Assembly (NCBI GenBank): GCA_009914755.4
Contig: CP068257.2
Coordinates: forward strand, 16,576,001 to 16,640,000
Source of the DNA: the human T2T-CHM13v2.0 reference genome, Homo sapiens
Direction of reading: 5' to 3'
DNA: 64,000 nucleotides
In this document: one piece after another, positions 40,950-55,399 of the stretch
Layout of the letters: each line of letters opens with the position of its first letter
Numbering within the stretch: the stretch's first letter is position 1
Translations under genes and position numbers: made by a program
The notes under the pieces: generated by a model
Seen by the model: the letters and a program-made list of their open reading frames with translations, nothing else
What the model was told of the DNA's origin: nothing
The model's database searches: none

Positions 40950-43254
40950 GTAAGCAGTAGCAAAAGAAGGTATAGAAGATTTTGTGCATGTTTAATTGTA
41001 TTAAGTTTTGTCTTTAATTTTGACTACCTGTGGCTCTTTTTGTTTTTCTGCTGTGAAATAGAAAATTACCTTGCAGTTTCTCATATCACTCGTGTAATGA
41101 AGCATATCATATGCTGTAGAGCAAACTGTCCAATGAGCTCAAAGAAGAGAGTAAATAAAAACAGCTGGAGAGATGTCTTTAAGAAAAAATAATCATTTCT
41201 TACAATAAAACCAAATATTTTTGTAAATAGATTTTATAAACAATAAATATTTTAAAATATTTTAAACATTACTATAATATGTGGGAAGTAGATGTAAGTT
41301 ACCAAAGCACCTATAGACTTACACATGTGAGCAGCACTTCTTTATCTGACTTTAAGAGAACAAAGCACTTTCTCCTGGATCATTTGCTTATCATTTTATG
41401 GTATAATACTTGACATGTGGTACTCAGTAAAAAGAAGACTGTCATAGCTCATTGCCCCATAGTGGAAAAAAGTAGGAAGATGTGACTCGTTCTCCCTATG
41501 ATTCCTATTCTTGAAATATGTCTCCTCAGTTAGCTTTCTTTTGAAATCTCCCACTACTTGTCATATGCAGCAAATGGGAATCTTACATTGACTTGAGCTA
41601 TACTGGCATGGGTTCTGGATTTAAAAAATAGTCCATTTGAATTACTTTAACTAGGACGGATCGTCTGAATTCATATTTGACTGAAAGAGGGACTAATACA
41701 AACTCTGTGGACTCATTTTTTAAAATCATCTAGAAAGTCAAGTTAGATCCTTAGGCTTTGAGATTTTTTTTGCTGTTTTTCTCCTCCTCAGTGTTTGGAA
41801 GTGTCATTTTAACTCTTCTGAAGAGGTGTCTGCTTGAACTCATAATACGTGTTCACAGAAGGCAATTATAGTTGAGTACTGCTGCTTCCATTATTCTCCT
41901 GAAATTACATGATTCTTTTTCTCATAATACCAGAAAACACAAGGGATTATTTGGATTAGACTTACCCTTCTCTTACATTTATCCTGCTCTTGAGTGTATT
42001 AGCCACCTTTTTTTTTATCCCTGGTGAGTTTATTCTTTAACCATCTTGGTTGCTAAACCCGTCATTACCCTCCTGGAAGTCTTTGCAAAGCTGAATCTGT
42101 TATGCGCTTATGTCCTCTATTTTTCTCTTGGAGAAATATAAAGTTGAAATCCTCTGATATTTTAAATTTGTGACATTCTATGTACTTAAGACTACTGGAT
42201 AATACAAGTACAATATTATGCATTATTCTTAATATTACATTATCGCCTTCTCCTTTCTTTTGAGTTCAAAGGTCAACTATTTGACCCTTCATTGTATTAT
42301 ATTTATTTTATTTTTGCATCAAAATTTATGCCATTATTTAGGACACTGTAAATCTTACAATCTTCTTTACTTGTTTATGTATTAGGTAATCTAGGTTTAC
42401 ATTACTCATGCAAGAGCATTTATGATATAAAATTATTCTTTCTTTATCTTCTCCATTCTACCCAAATCTTCAAATAATCTATATTTATTAAAATATTATT
42501 TTATGTAGTTTTTGTTTTGAAGCACATTCACGGGTTTACTGTTGGCCTTATTAATGTGCTCAGGATTTTTATTTTTTATTTCATGATTTAATCTTTTTTG
42601 TCTTTTTATTTATATTTAGTTAACCCTCCTTGAGCTTAGTGTCTGCTTAGTAAAGGATGTTGGTTTGATTAAATTCCTTGGTTATGTAATCAGTGCTTGA
42701 TTTTTAGTGATATTTTGCATAATATTTATATTATTTGTTTAAAAATACCAGTTGACTAGGCATAGAGTGACTAAGTTCTCTAGAAGAGTAGGTATAGTCT
42801 AGGACTGAATCTGAAACCCAGAGGAGGCTATTAAAATGTCAGAGTTAAATCTGTGTACAAGAGTAACAAATATTTCTACAGAATGGATTATGATTAAACT
42901 TCCAACAAAGGGGGACTCTGTGACATTTTAAGGCAATGTAAGAATGGTAAACATTAAATTAAAATTCTTCTCTATCCTGAAGACTATATAAGAACATGGG
43001 TTCTTATTTCAATTGATAAAAGTAGAGAGTTACACTTTTGGAACAAATGGAAACAAATTTACAGGCTTTTTTTTAAATAATTCAATTTATTTTCATTGAA
43101 TTATTGATTTAACAAATAGTTCCTTAAGGAAAAGAAAAATAGAAAATAGAGCAATACGAAATCATGACAATAAACTTCAACAATTTTAAAGTGTGTAGCA
43201 AGAGAAAAAAAAGCCAGGAATAATAGTTAATGGATGCTGGGCTTCATACTTAGG

Positions 43255-43350
43255 TGATGGAATGATCTGTGCAGCACCGCACCATGGCACACGTTTACCC
43301 ACGTAACAAACCTGCACATTCTGCACATGTACCCCTGAACTTAAAAGTTA
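43255..43350 (+). mobile_element. L1 3'-terminal fragment
   Basis: 'ccatggcacacgtttacccacgtaacaaacctgcacattctgcacatgtacccctgaacttaaaagtta'. Confidence 0.7.
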
Positions 43351-44021
43351 GAAGAACAATAAAAAATAAAGTGTGTGGAAATTGAAGAGACATCTATAAA
43401 ACTAGGGAAAGAAACAACTTGCAAGCTTTAATTTAGTGTTATTATTATTATTTTTAAAAGTAGACACTATTGGAAAGCAAATCTAAGGATGGCATTGTAT
43501 ATGCAGAACAGAAATGTGGCTTAGAACGTTGTTACTTGAATCATCAATTCCAAATGCAATCCACATACAGTCATCTGCTGATTATTATTGCAAGGGGAAA
43601 CCCAAATAATACACTGATATTAGTAAAGAAATTATCTTGCTTGTCTCTGAACTGCATTTAATATATCACACTCTTACGTTTGCCAATTCTTGGTTATCCT
43701 TGCTTAACTTTGTGACTGGTCCGCCATTATTGCCTGCAGCAGGCTATCATCAGCACAGACCCACTGTTGATTGCTAATTGCAATTTGGAGTTTTAAGGGA
43801 GAACATATCAACTCCATCTTTTATTCAAAGAGAATTAAATGTTGACTTTATAGTTAGGTAATTTCATGTAAATTTAAATTCAGAATGTATTTTATTAGCT
43901 GTAAGCTGTTCAGAAATCAAAATTGTGATGTTTTTATTTTATAATATAATTTCATATTTATATATATTTTCAATTCTCTTGTTTAATCATTATATATGAT
44001 GGTGGTTCTTATTATTTACAG

Positions 44022-44108
44022 AGATTAATCCAACAGCCCCTGTAGAAAAGCCTTATCTTACAAATCAACCAGGAGACACCCATCAGAATGTGGTTGTTAC
44101 TGAAGCAG
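44022..44108 (+). CDS. CHODL: CHODL coding exon 4 (87 nt, phase 1 to 1, in-frame cassette): (E)INPTAPVEKPYLTNQPGDTHQNVVVTEA(G). This is the extracellular stalk between the lectin domain and the transmembrane helix.
   Basis: Acceptor 'atttacag|AG' and donor 'GCAG|GTAATT'. The reading frame is continuous with exon 3 (g+ag=Glu) and exon 5 (g+gt=Gly). Confidence 0.93.
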
Positions 44109-44321
44109 GTAATTACTTCATGTGTCTTTAACTTCATCAAGAACTGAACTGTACTTTCAAACGCTGCTTCATGTTGACCCCAGTGAAACTTGTCTTGCCT
44201 GGGGAAGTGGTTCACTAAGTATGGTCCTATGGACATTTACTTTTGAACTAGGTTAGAAAAAATTATGCTAAGCTAGTATTTGAATAGAAAAACCTGTTTT
44301 GTTTTCTTCAGAGTGGTACTA

Positions 44322-44688
<367 letters not shown>

Positions 44689-45099
44689 AAGAACTTTGGA
44701 TCTACAAGAAATTTCTCTAACAACATGTAGGCGTCATGATGCAAATTGGCACATTCAGTGGAGAGCAAACAGGGGTGGGCTGGTAAATGTTTAGGGATTG
44801 GTTGGATCCTTAAATTGCTTGAAGTCAAACAGGAGTGGGAGGAAACAGCAAATTATCGCTCAGATACCCTATTGCTCATGAGTTTGTCTTCTGTTAACAA
44901 ATGAAGTGATGCGCAGTTAAATGTAGATAAAAGCTTTATCTACATCTGGTCCACTTTGACCAGAATTATTCAGATTAGTCATGATGATGACTTTTAATTT
45001 ACAAGCTAAATGCATAGTTCTTGAATTTGCTTTTTTTGCATAGACATGATATTAAGGCTTAGTGCTTTTCACTTTTCAGGTGCCTGGTTTTAAAACCAT

Positions 45100-45499
<400 letters not shown>

Positions 45500-46606
45500 T
45501 CAGTAATCACATTAGAAATACTTTTTTCTCTTTTGAAATTGAGCAGATGTTTATTAATTTTAAGTTGTATGGAATTACAGTGTCACGGTTTTTTAATTTT
45601 ACTAAGAATACCTAGCATTATCAAATGTGATGGAACAGGATTAAAAAATGATTCATTTTAGAATTTAATTAAGATCAAGTCTTTGTGCCGCTGGAGTCTC
45701 GTGTCTCTGAGTCGTGACTGTATCATCAGTTAATATTTATATATTTCATTTTAATCCCAGTGACTTGTATGGAATCGTGACACTAAGCTTATTGGCTAGG
45801 TAATTACTTACCCAATATATTTACAATAATCTTAATAATTATTATTTTTAATAATAAGTACTTATTTTTGTAAGTAATGATTGAGAAGGAGTAATGAAAT
45901 GAGTTAGCTAAGGTTCTTAATGAAAGCTAGTCCATGTCTGAATTGTAGATTTAATAATAGTTTTGGAAGTATGGATATCAAATTGGAACAGTTTGATATC
46001 ACTACAGATCAGTACAATTCAATTTTCCGTTCAGTAAAATTTTGTTTTTAACTTTTACCAAAACATGAATACAGTCATGTACCACTTAACAATGGGGATA
46101 TGTTCTGAGAAATGCACCATTAGGCAATTTTGTCATTGTGCGAACATCATAGAGTGTACTTGAACCTAGGTCATATAGCTTACTACACGTCTAGGCTGTT
46201 TGATATGGCCTATTACTTCTAGGCTACAAACCCCTGCACCATGTTACTATACTGAATGCTGTAGACAACTGTAACATAATGGAATTTGTATATCAAAACC
46301 TATCTAAACATAGAAATGTATAAAATAGGATATCAAATATAAAAGATGGTATACCTATGTAGGGCAGCTCCATTATAATCTTATGGGACCACTGTCACAT
46401 ATGTGATGCATCGTTGACTGAAATGTCACTATGTGGTGCATGACTGTATATTATTTCATTAGATTTTTCAATATTTTGAGAAGAACTTTGGGGTCAATTT
46501 ATTGAAAATTCTATTTCACCTGAATTTTTTGAAACATTCTTACATATTTTTGCTTTAGAATTCTTCCTCAACTATCTTTTCACATGAAGACTGTTTTATT
46601 TTGTAG

Positions 46607-46709
46607 GTATAATTCCCAATCTAATTTATGTTGTTATACCAACAATACCCCTGCTCTTACTGATACTGGTTGCTTTTGGAACCTGTTGTTTCCAGATGCT
46701 GCATAAAAG
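46607..46709 (+). CDS. CHODL: CHODL coding exon 5 (phase 1): (G)IIPNLIYVVIPTIPLLLLILVAFGTCCFQMLHK + 'ag'. This is the single transmembrane helix.
   Basis: Acceptor 'ttttgtag|GT' and donor 'AAAG|GTAAAT'. There is a hydrophobic stretch of about 23 residues followed by a basic 'HK'. The phase is continuous with exons 4 and 6 (ag+t=Ser). Confidence 0.93.
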
Positions 46710-47937
46710 GTAAATAACTCATATATGTAGAGACAATTTGAAAAACTTTAAATAGGTTTTCAGAAATGTTTTAAAACTATTAGCATAAAGTTAATTATAT
46801 TTTAATTTTCCTTAAGAAATCCTATACATACAATCTAATAAGATATACATTGAGGATAGAATTAATGTAATATATTATTTAATCCTTACAGGACTTATTA
46901 AGCAGTTACCCTTCTGTTTGTATTTCTCAGTTGAGAAGATGGTGTCTTAGATGGGTTACCTAGTCTGCCTTGGGTACCATAGTTAGTGTCCACGGTGAAT
47001 CTGAAATTTGGATGTTTGTAAACTTCCAACATATGCACTATATTATACTGTTTTTTGTTTATGAAGTATAAGAATTAATGCTAAACTTTTCAATCTAGAC
47101 ATCAAGCTATATGTAAGACTTGATATTTGTAGGTTCATTTTGTATTACTTTTCAAAATTCAAGTCACAGGTTTCTGTTTTATTTCAAAAAGATCTTTTAA
47201 GAACAGGAAATAAAATACAGCGGTTCAAACAGGCCACTTTTTGGCAGGTATCTTGAAATAAAATCCTATATTTTACCAGCAAGATTTCTGGGGGAATATT
47301 ATGACTTTTTATCTGCTTTCCTGTACCCTTGGGTTAGAGAAGTTTTTCCATGTGTGCCAATTTTTTAATAAAAATGAAACAAAATTCAATATAATGAAAA
47401 TGTATTTCATTGTCAAATAAAAAATGAAATATAAATATGTATCAAAAGGAAAAAAGGAAAAGCTATTCTGTTTATATAAGAGCATGTTTGCTAGAATAAA
47501 CTAGACATCTTTGTCTGCGTGGTTTAAATAAGAACTGATCAAGGGGATGCCTCCATCAGGAAGGACCTGCAAACAAATTCATTTTCCTCTTTTGACCTTA
47601 CTTCATCTTCTTCTTTTTCTGAAATAAACCCTACCATTAAGCAACAAAAGACCCAGAAAAAAATTAAGTAATTCTGAAATGAAATACTAATTCTACACAA
47701 AAGCCACATTAATAACCTTTTTTTTTTTTTTTTACCATTTAGACCACTTTTGTGCTTTTTATAAACTTTCTTGGCTTATTTTCCATACATGTTAGATGAC
47801 TGTAGAATAAAGTTGTGCTGATCTTACTTATTTGGATGAAAATCTACAAACCATACAATTTGGACATAATATTTTATTAGTAACCAAAACAGCTAAATCT
47901 AAGTGAATTAAGTAATATTTTAAAAGGGTAATGGTCA

Positions 47938-48619
<682 letters not shown>

Positions 48620-48904
48620 TTATGTTACCAAAGCATGAATCTGCTATTGAACCACATTGGTTTCAGAGACTGAGGCACCAGTAAGCTTCCAGAAATCAAG
48701 TGACTTAGGTGCAGAGCCGGAGAACCGATGGGAGGAGGGGAATAGGCACATCCATACACATAGTATAATAGCATTGTTTTGATGATTTGACATTAAATTC
48801 AGCATCCATTAGTGACAGGGGACTCAAGGAGCAAAATGATTTCCAAAATAATTGATCAAAGAAAATAAAGGTATTTATTGGTGAATAAAACGGAAATGTT
48901 TAAT

Positions 48905-49092
48905 ATTGTGTCAGGCACATATTTGTAGGTGTGGAACCAACCCAAATGCCCATCAATCAATGCATGGATAAAGAATCTGTGGTATATATATGTGTATATA
49001 TATATACACACACACACACATATATGTATGTGTATATATATATGTGTGTATATATATATGTGTATATATATGTGTATATATATATGTGTGTG

Positions 49093-49141
<49 letters not shown>

Positions 49142-49500
49142 GATGGAATACTACTCATCCATACAAAGGAGTGAATTAACGGCATTCACAGCGACCTGGG
49201 TAATACTGGAGACTGTTATTCTAAGTGAAGTAATACAGGAATGAAAAACTAAGCATCGTACATTCTCACTCACAAGTGGGAGCTAAGCTATGATGATGCA
49301 AAGGCATCAGAATGACACAGTGGACTTTGGGGACTCAGAGGGAAAGAGTAGGAAGGGGGTGAGGGATAAAAGAATACAAATTGGGTACAGTGTATACTAC
49401 TCAAGTGATGGGTGCACCAAAATTTCACAAATCACCACTAAAGAACTTACTCATGTAACCAAACACCACCCGTTCCCCCATAACCTATGGAAATAAAAAA
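48905..49500 (+). mobile_element. L1 3'-end fragment (ORF2 C-terminus plus 3'UTR, sense) carrying an expanded internal (TG)n/(TA)n/(CA)n microsatellite (about 48975-49140), in intron 5
   Basis: 'ggaaccaacccaaatgcccatcaatcaatgcatggataaagaa', then the compound dinucleotide repeat, then 'atggaatactactcatccatacaaaggagtgaattaa..cattctcactcacaagtgggagctaa..gggtgcaccaaaatttcacaaatcaccactaaagaacttactcatgtaaccaaacaccacc..ggaaataaaaaattaaaataa'. Confidence 0.85.
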
Positions 49501-49772
49501 TTAAAATAACAACAGCAACAACAAAAATGAACTCTAAATTACGAAATGTCAAACAGGAAAAGATATGTTTTGTTTTCTCTATCATTCACAAGAACTGTTT
49601 GCCATCTTCACATATTTGAATAATCTAGAAGTTTTTGGAAGAATGGGAAAATATACTGCTGAGAGGGGGAGTCTTTCATAAATAACTGTCTGAGATATCT
49701 CCCTTTGGACGTAGACATGCTTAGTTTAATAAGAAATTTTAGGCACTAAACATTTTTTCTTATGTTTTTCAG

Positions 49773-49857
49773 TAAAGGAAGAACAAAAACTAGTCCAAAC
49801 CAGTCTACACTGTGGATTTCAAAGAGTACCAGAAAAGAAAGTGGCATGGAAGTATAA
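49773..49857 (+). CDS. CHODL: CHODL coding exon 6 (phase 2): (S)KGRTKTSPNQSTLWISKSTRKESGMEV*. This is the short cytoplasmic tail. The stop codon TAA is at 49855-49857.
   Basis: Acceptor 'tgtttttcag|T' and an in-frame TAA. Total CDS is 79+310+158+87+103+85 = 822 nt, giving a 273-aa type I membrane protein that matches my recollection of the chondrolectin sequence and length. Confidence 0.93.
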
Positions 49858-51190
49858 TAACTCATTGACTTGGTTCCAGAATTTTGTAATTCTGGATCTG
49901 TATAAGGAATGGCATCAGAACAATAGCTTGGAATGGCTTGAAATCACAAAGGATCTGCAAGATGAACTGTAAGCTCCCCCTTGAGGCAAATATTAAAGTA
50001 ATTTTTATATGTCTATTATTTCATTTAAAGAATATGCTGTGCTAATAATGGAGTGAGACATGCTTATTTTGCTAAAGGATGCACCCAAACTTCAAACTTC
50101 AAGCAAATGAAATGGACAATGCAGATAAAGTTGTTATCAACACGTCGGGAGTATGTGTGTTAGAAGCAATTCTTTTTATTTCTTTCACCTTTCATAAGTT
50201 GTTATCTAGTCAATGTAATGTATATTGTATTGAAATTTACAGTGTGCAAAAGTATTTTACCTTTGCATAAGTGTTTGATAAAAATGAACTGTTCTAATAT
50301 TTATTTTTATGGCATCTCATTTTTCAATACATGCTCTTTTGATTAAAGAAACATTACTGTTGTCAACTGAATTCACACACACACAAATATAGTACCATAG
50401 AAAAAGTTTGTTTTCTCGAAATAATTCATCTTTCAGCTTCTCTGCTTTTGGTCAATGTCTAGGAAATCTCTTCAGAAATAAGAAGCTATTTCATTAAGTG
50501 TGATATAAACCTCCTCAAACATTTTACTTAGAGGCAAGGATTGTCTAATTTCAATTGTGCAAGACATGTGCCTTATAATTATTTTTAGCTTAAAATTAAA
50601 CAGATTTTGTAATAATGTAACTTTGTTAATAGGTGCATAAACACTAATGCAGTCAATTTGAACAAAAGAAGTGGCATACACAATATAAATCATACGTCTT
50701 CACACGTTGCCTATATAATGAGAAGCAGCTCTCTGAGGGTTCTGAAATCAATGTGGTCCCTCACTTGCCCACTAAACAAAGATGGTTGTTCGGGGTTTGG
50801 GATTGACACTGGAGGCAGATAGTTGCAAAGTTAGTCTAAGGTTTCCCTAGCTGTATTTAGCCTCTGACTATATTAGTATACAAAGAGGTCATGTGGTTGA
50901 GACCAGGTGAATAGTCACTATCAGTGTGGAGACAAGCACCGCACACAGACATTTTAGGAAGGAAAGGAACTACGAAATCGTGTGAAAATGTGTTGGAACC
51001 CATCAGTGATCGCATATTCATTGATGAGGGTTTGCTTGAGATAGATAGAAAATGGTGGCTCCTTTCTGTCTTATCTCCTATTTTCTTCAATGCTTACGCC
51101 TTGTTCTTCTCAAGAGAAAGTTGTAACTCTCTGGTCTTCATATGTCCCTGTGCTCCTTTTAACCAAATAAAGAGTTCTTGTTTCTGAAGA
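49858..51190 (+). other. CHODL: Probable CHODL 3'UTR, ending shortly after an AATAAA at 51166-51171
   Basis: It is contiguous with the last coding exon and has no intervening repeat. A canonical AATAAA hexamer ('aaccAATAAAgagttcttgtttctg') is followed by a T/G-rich stretch about 1.3 kb after the stop. The 3' end position is inferred and not verified. Confidence 0.4.
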
Positions 51191-52086
51191 ATGATGACTA
51201 GTCCTGTCTAAACCTCTTTTATGTGAAACAAGTACAGATATGTTTGCATCGACGTATAAAGTTGAAAACAAATTACTCTTTAAGTAAGAAGTGTGGTAAT
51301 AATGGAAGGCGTGATTATGTCTAATATTTTTCCTGTCAATTCTTTTCAGTTAAATAATATTTTCCTCAACACAGTTCACAACTAGCATTGGTTGGCAAAG
51401 CTAGGAGGCAAAAGAGAAATCAATGGGCATTGCCCATTTTCAGCTGCTCAGAGACTGAGAGAATGAGCAGCTGCATTTGAAGCTGAGATCTGCCAACATG
51501 CAGCACTCCTCTTTCTTTTCTTGGCTACCTATATCATCTATCATCTTTCTGGGTAGAACTGGAGACCAGTTGCTGGGACGTAACCTTTTTCCTCCAAACT
51601 ACTATCATGTATTTCTGCCTCTAGTGTGAACATACTGGAGGAAAACTGGGTGTTCCCCCTTGTCTTTGCCACCATGGACTATAACAGCTGCAAGGCAAAA
51701 GCAGAAAATCAATGGAGAAATGCCTGGCTTTTGCCTTTGGTCTTTATCTAGGTCTGGGTAACTCTTCTGGTATCACCAACTAAACCTATAAGCTACTGGA
51801 GGTGGAAAATGAACTTCTCTTTTATTAGAAAATGGTAGTAATCCTATCTTCTTAACAGTTTCCTAAAATTTTAGCTAACCTTTGGGAAATGAAAAAATAC
51901 ATGGTGTATCTGTTGCGTTAGCATTTTTAGAATATATTTTTGCTATATGTTTTGAAATGCAGAAGAAATGTGGAACAATCCTCAGGTACTAAAACAAATA
52001 ATACCCTGCTGGTCAGTCTATCTTTCCCAACAACTGTTGTTAGAATCAGACCATTGGAAAGGTGTTAAAAGGAATCGTGTGTTTAG

Positions 52087-52441
52087 TGGTGATACGATTT
52101 GGCTGTTTCCCCACCCACATCTCACCTTGAATTGTAATAATCCCCATGTGTCAAGGGTGGGGCCAGGTGGAGATAATTGAATCATGGGGGTGGTTTCCCC
52201 CATACTGTTCTGATGGTAGTGGATAAGGAAAGTGGAAAGGAAATGGAAGTTCTCCTGCATACGCTCTCTTGCCTGTCTCCATGTAAGACATGCCTTTGCT
52301 CCTCCTTTGCCTTCCACCATGATTGTGAGGCCTCTCCAGCTATGTGGAACTGTGAGTTCATTAAATGATGTCTTTCTTTCCTTTATAAATTACCCAGTCT
52401 TGGGTATGTCTTTATTAGCAGTAAGAAAATGGACTAAAACA
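52087..52441 (+). mobile_element. MaLR (THE1/MST-type) solo LTR, sense orientation
   Basis: 'tgatacgatttggctgtttccccacccacatctcaccttgaattgtaataatccccatgtgtcaagggtggg..ccatgattgtgaggcctctccagctatgtggaactgtgagttcattaaa..tttataaattacccagtcttgggtatgtctttattagcagtaagaaaatggactaaaaca'. Confidence 0.85.
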
Positions 52442-53784
52442 CGTGGCTCCTAATTTTTGTCCAAAGAATGAATTCTACAATTTCTTAACAGGAATTTGCA
52501 TTCGTCCATCATCTGGCCACACCTTCTTCATATAAAACATTTTTTCCCCTTTATCTGACTGTTTCCCAGAGAGAGAGTCTTTTGGTATGACAACACATTA
52601 TTCTCTATTTAACTGACCCCCACCTGCACAGTGGATCCTCAATATCCTCTTCAATGCCTCTGTAATAATTATTCTTTCCAGGTGTAGTTCAAATCTCCTT
52701 TCTTCCATAAGGCCAAGCCATACAATTGGTCCCTTCCTTCAATTCCTTTTAACCTTACTCTCTCTTCTATTAAATTGTCCCATGCAAGCATGTGTGTGAA
52801 GGTGCGTATGTGTGTGTGTTTTTTATTAACTATGAATTATTTCTCCCCAAATACATCAAAAGATTCTGTGTGGTGAGCTAAATTGAAGTCAGCACTTATT
52901 CTGGAAATGATCCAAGGGATTAAACAAGTGAAGCAAATTCATTTATTACACATATTTAACCTTCTCATGGGTGATTCAGCTGTGTCTAAATAAGTTTTCA
53001 TATATTAGAAATATCCACTGTAACACACATAAACCAAGACCAGGATTTGCAATAGGTGCATTTCTTTGGTATGTCTGATTATTTTTTTGAGACTTAAAAA
53101 TACTTGCTTGAAATAAATAGGTAAAATTTATCTAATATACAATGACTATATCAGTTAATTTATCTTTTATTTAATTAACTTATTTAAGAGGAATGTAAAA
53201 TCAATTTAGTCCAGGCCTGTGACATAAGCTTACAATAAATAGTTTCTATTGGTTGGGAAAATACTAAGGTTATGCATATGTTGAAAATTTTGATAGAAAA
53301 GACAGAGAAACAATTGAGTTTCTGCTAATAGCAGCAAACTAAACTGGAACTAGAAAATTTATGGCAGTTTATTTCCAACAGTGACATACTTTGGGAAAAA
53401 CAATTTATTTTCTTTCTTTTTTAAATTCTGCTCAAATTTCTTAAGTGTATGGTATATGCTTTAAAATAACATCCCTTTAAACAACAGTAAGTAATAAAAA
53501 TAATCATTAAGAATTTTTAAAATGAGATCTGTGAAGAAATACCTGTTCACAATGAAATACAAATGTATTTAATGGTATTTTAAAGTTATTCTGTATTGCT
53601 ATGGTGAATTTTATTATTTTTAAAATTTTGTTTCCCTGGCCCCCTAGCATTTCATTGACATAGGTAAGAATAAAAACCTTTGGTAACTTTTTAAAATTTT
53701 TGTACGAAACACTTAATTTCCATGCTTTCTAGAGTAGAATGGGAAAATAATGCGACTTTCCTGTTTAGTTTAAGAAATGCTCTA

Positions 53785-53937
<153 letters not shown>

Positions 53938-55399
53938 CTAAAGAGTGAATTGCAAAACAAAATTGTAGATATGTGGTCAATTGATCGAAACATATAAAAT
54001 TATTTGTATCAAATAAATTAAAAAATAAAAATTAATTAAAAAATATGATTTAATTGCAAGTCATCTGTATATATTCTCACTTTCACTCTAAGTCAGGAAT
54101 GAGAACCTCAGTAAGGAGACAGAGAAACTATAACAACTAAGACATCATTTATAATTTTTACAGTGCACCTTTTTAGTAAAAGTTTCGCCACTTTAATTAG
54201 GCATTTTGGTGGCTACTAAGAAGTTCTTTAAAGCACAACTATGAAAAGCATCCCAAACAAAATATTTATTAACAGCCAATCACTTTATTTAAGGAGATCT
54301 GCTGTAAGTGCCACAAAGGACACTATGGAAAAGACAAATTATTTCACAATATACTTTTTGGAAAAATTAGGAACTCACACATAAAGTAGATTTTAGTTCT
54401 CTTGGGTAGTATTATCTTTTTGGGGCTCAACAAACACCATCCGATTTGAAAAACATTTCAACTGAAATAAGGAAGTCTGTGATATAATTTTTAGTGATAA
54501 TTGCTCATGTTTTCATCTGAGATTTCAAACTAAGAAATATTTTTAATTTTTATGAATATTAATCACAGCAGATCCTAGTAAAGTAAATTTCATAGATTTT
54601 ATTTGCACGTGATTCCTGTGTAATGCAATGATAATACAAACATATAATATCATTATTTAATGACATAAAATTGACAAGTATTTTTCCTGTATTAATTGGG
54701 CAAATCTTTTTGATTAATTTGTTTTTTATATTTATGAAGACATTTAAAGTTTTATGTGTTTTGAAATCACTGGTATAATAGAATATTTCAATCCCAGCTC
54801 GATGCTAGAAATTATCCTGAGAGACTTTTTGTCTGATCCTTTTTATCATCTTTGGGCCCTATATTTAAAGAAAAAAATGTAATCTATCAATGCACCCTTT
54901 TTTCCCCTCCATACACAGGAACATAAATTGCACTGGCGACCATAGGTTACCAACATTCTAGTGTAACAAATGTGTGCAAGGTGTTTGAAAGCAGGGACTG
55001 TGATTTCTATTTCTGCATCCCAAACCCTTAATCTGTAATTATAGGTTCTGAAATATTTATGGAACAGTTTATATTCAAGGATCAAAGTACATTTTATATG
55101 ACTTGGAAATTATTAAAAATAAACTTCAGCTGTTTGGATATTTTTAAAAGGAGTAACTTGTTTTTTTACATATCTTCTAAAACAATTTAATTTTTTAATA
55201 GACAAGAGGATCCAGACAGAATAAGGATTTTACCCAGAACATACTGGGTCGGTTGCAGTTACTCAAGGATCCTGCGGCAGACTTGTTGCCTATCGGCTGG
55301 GTGGTCTACCTGATTGGGAGACCTCAGTCTGTTTCCATTACTTCTTGTCATCTAACTATAACACATCAGTTTAGTTATGTAACTTCTCCTTACCTTAAT

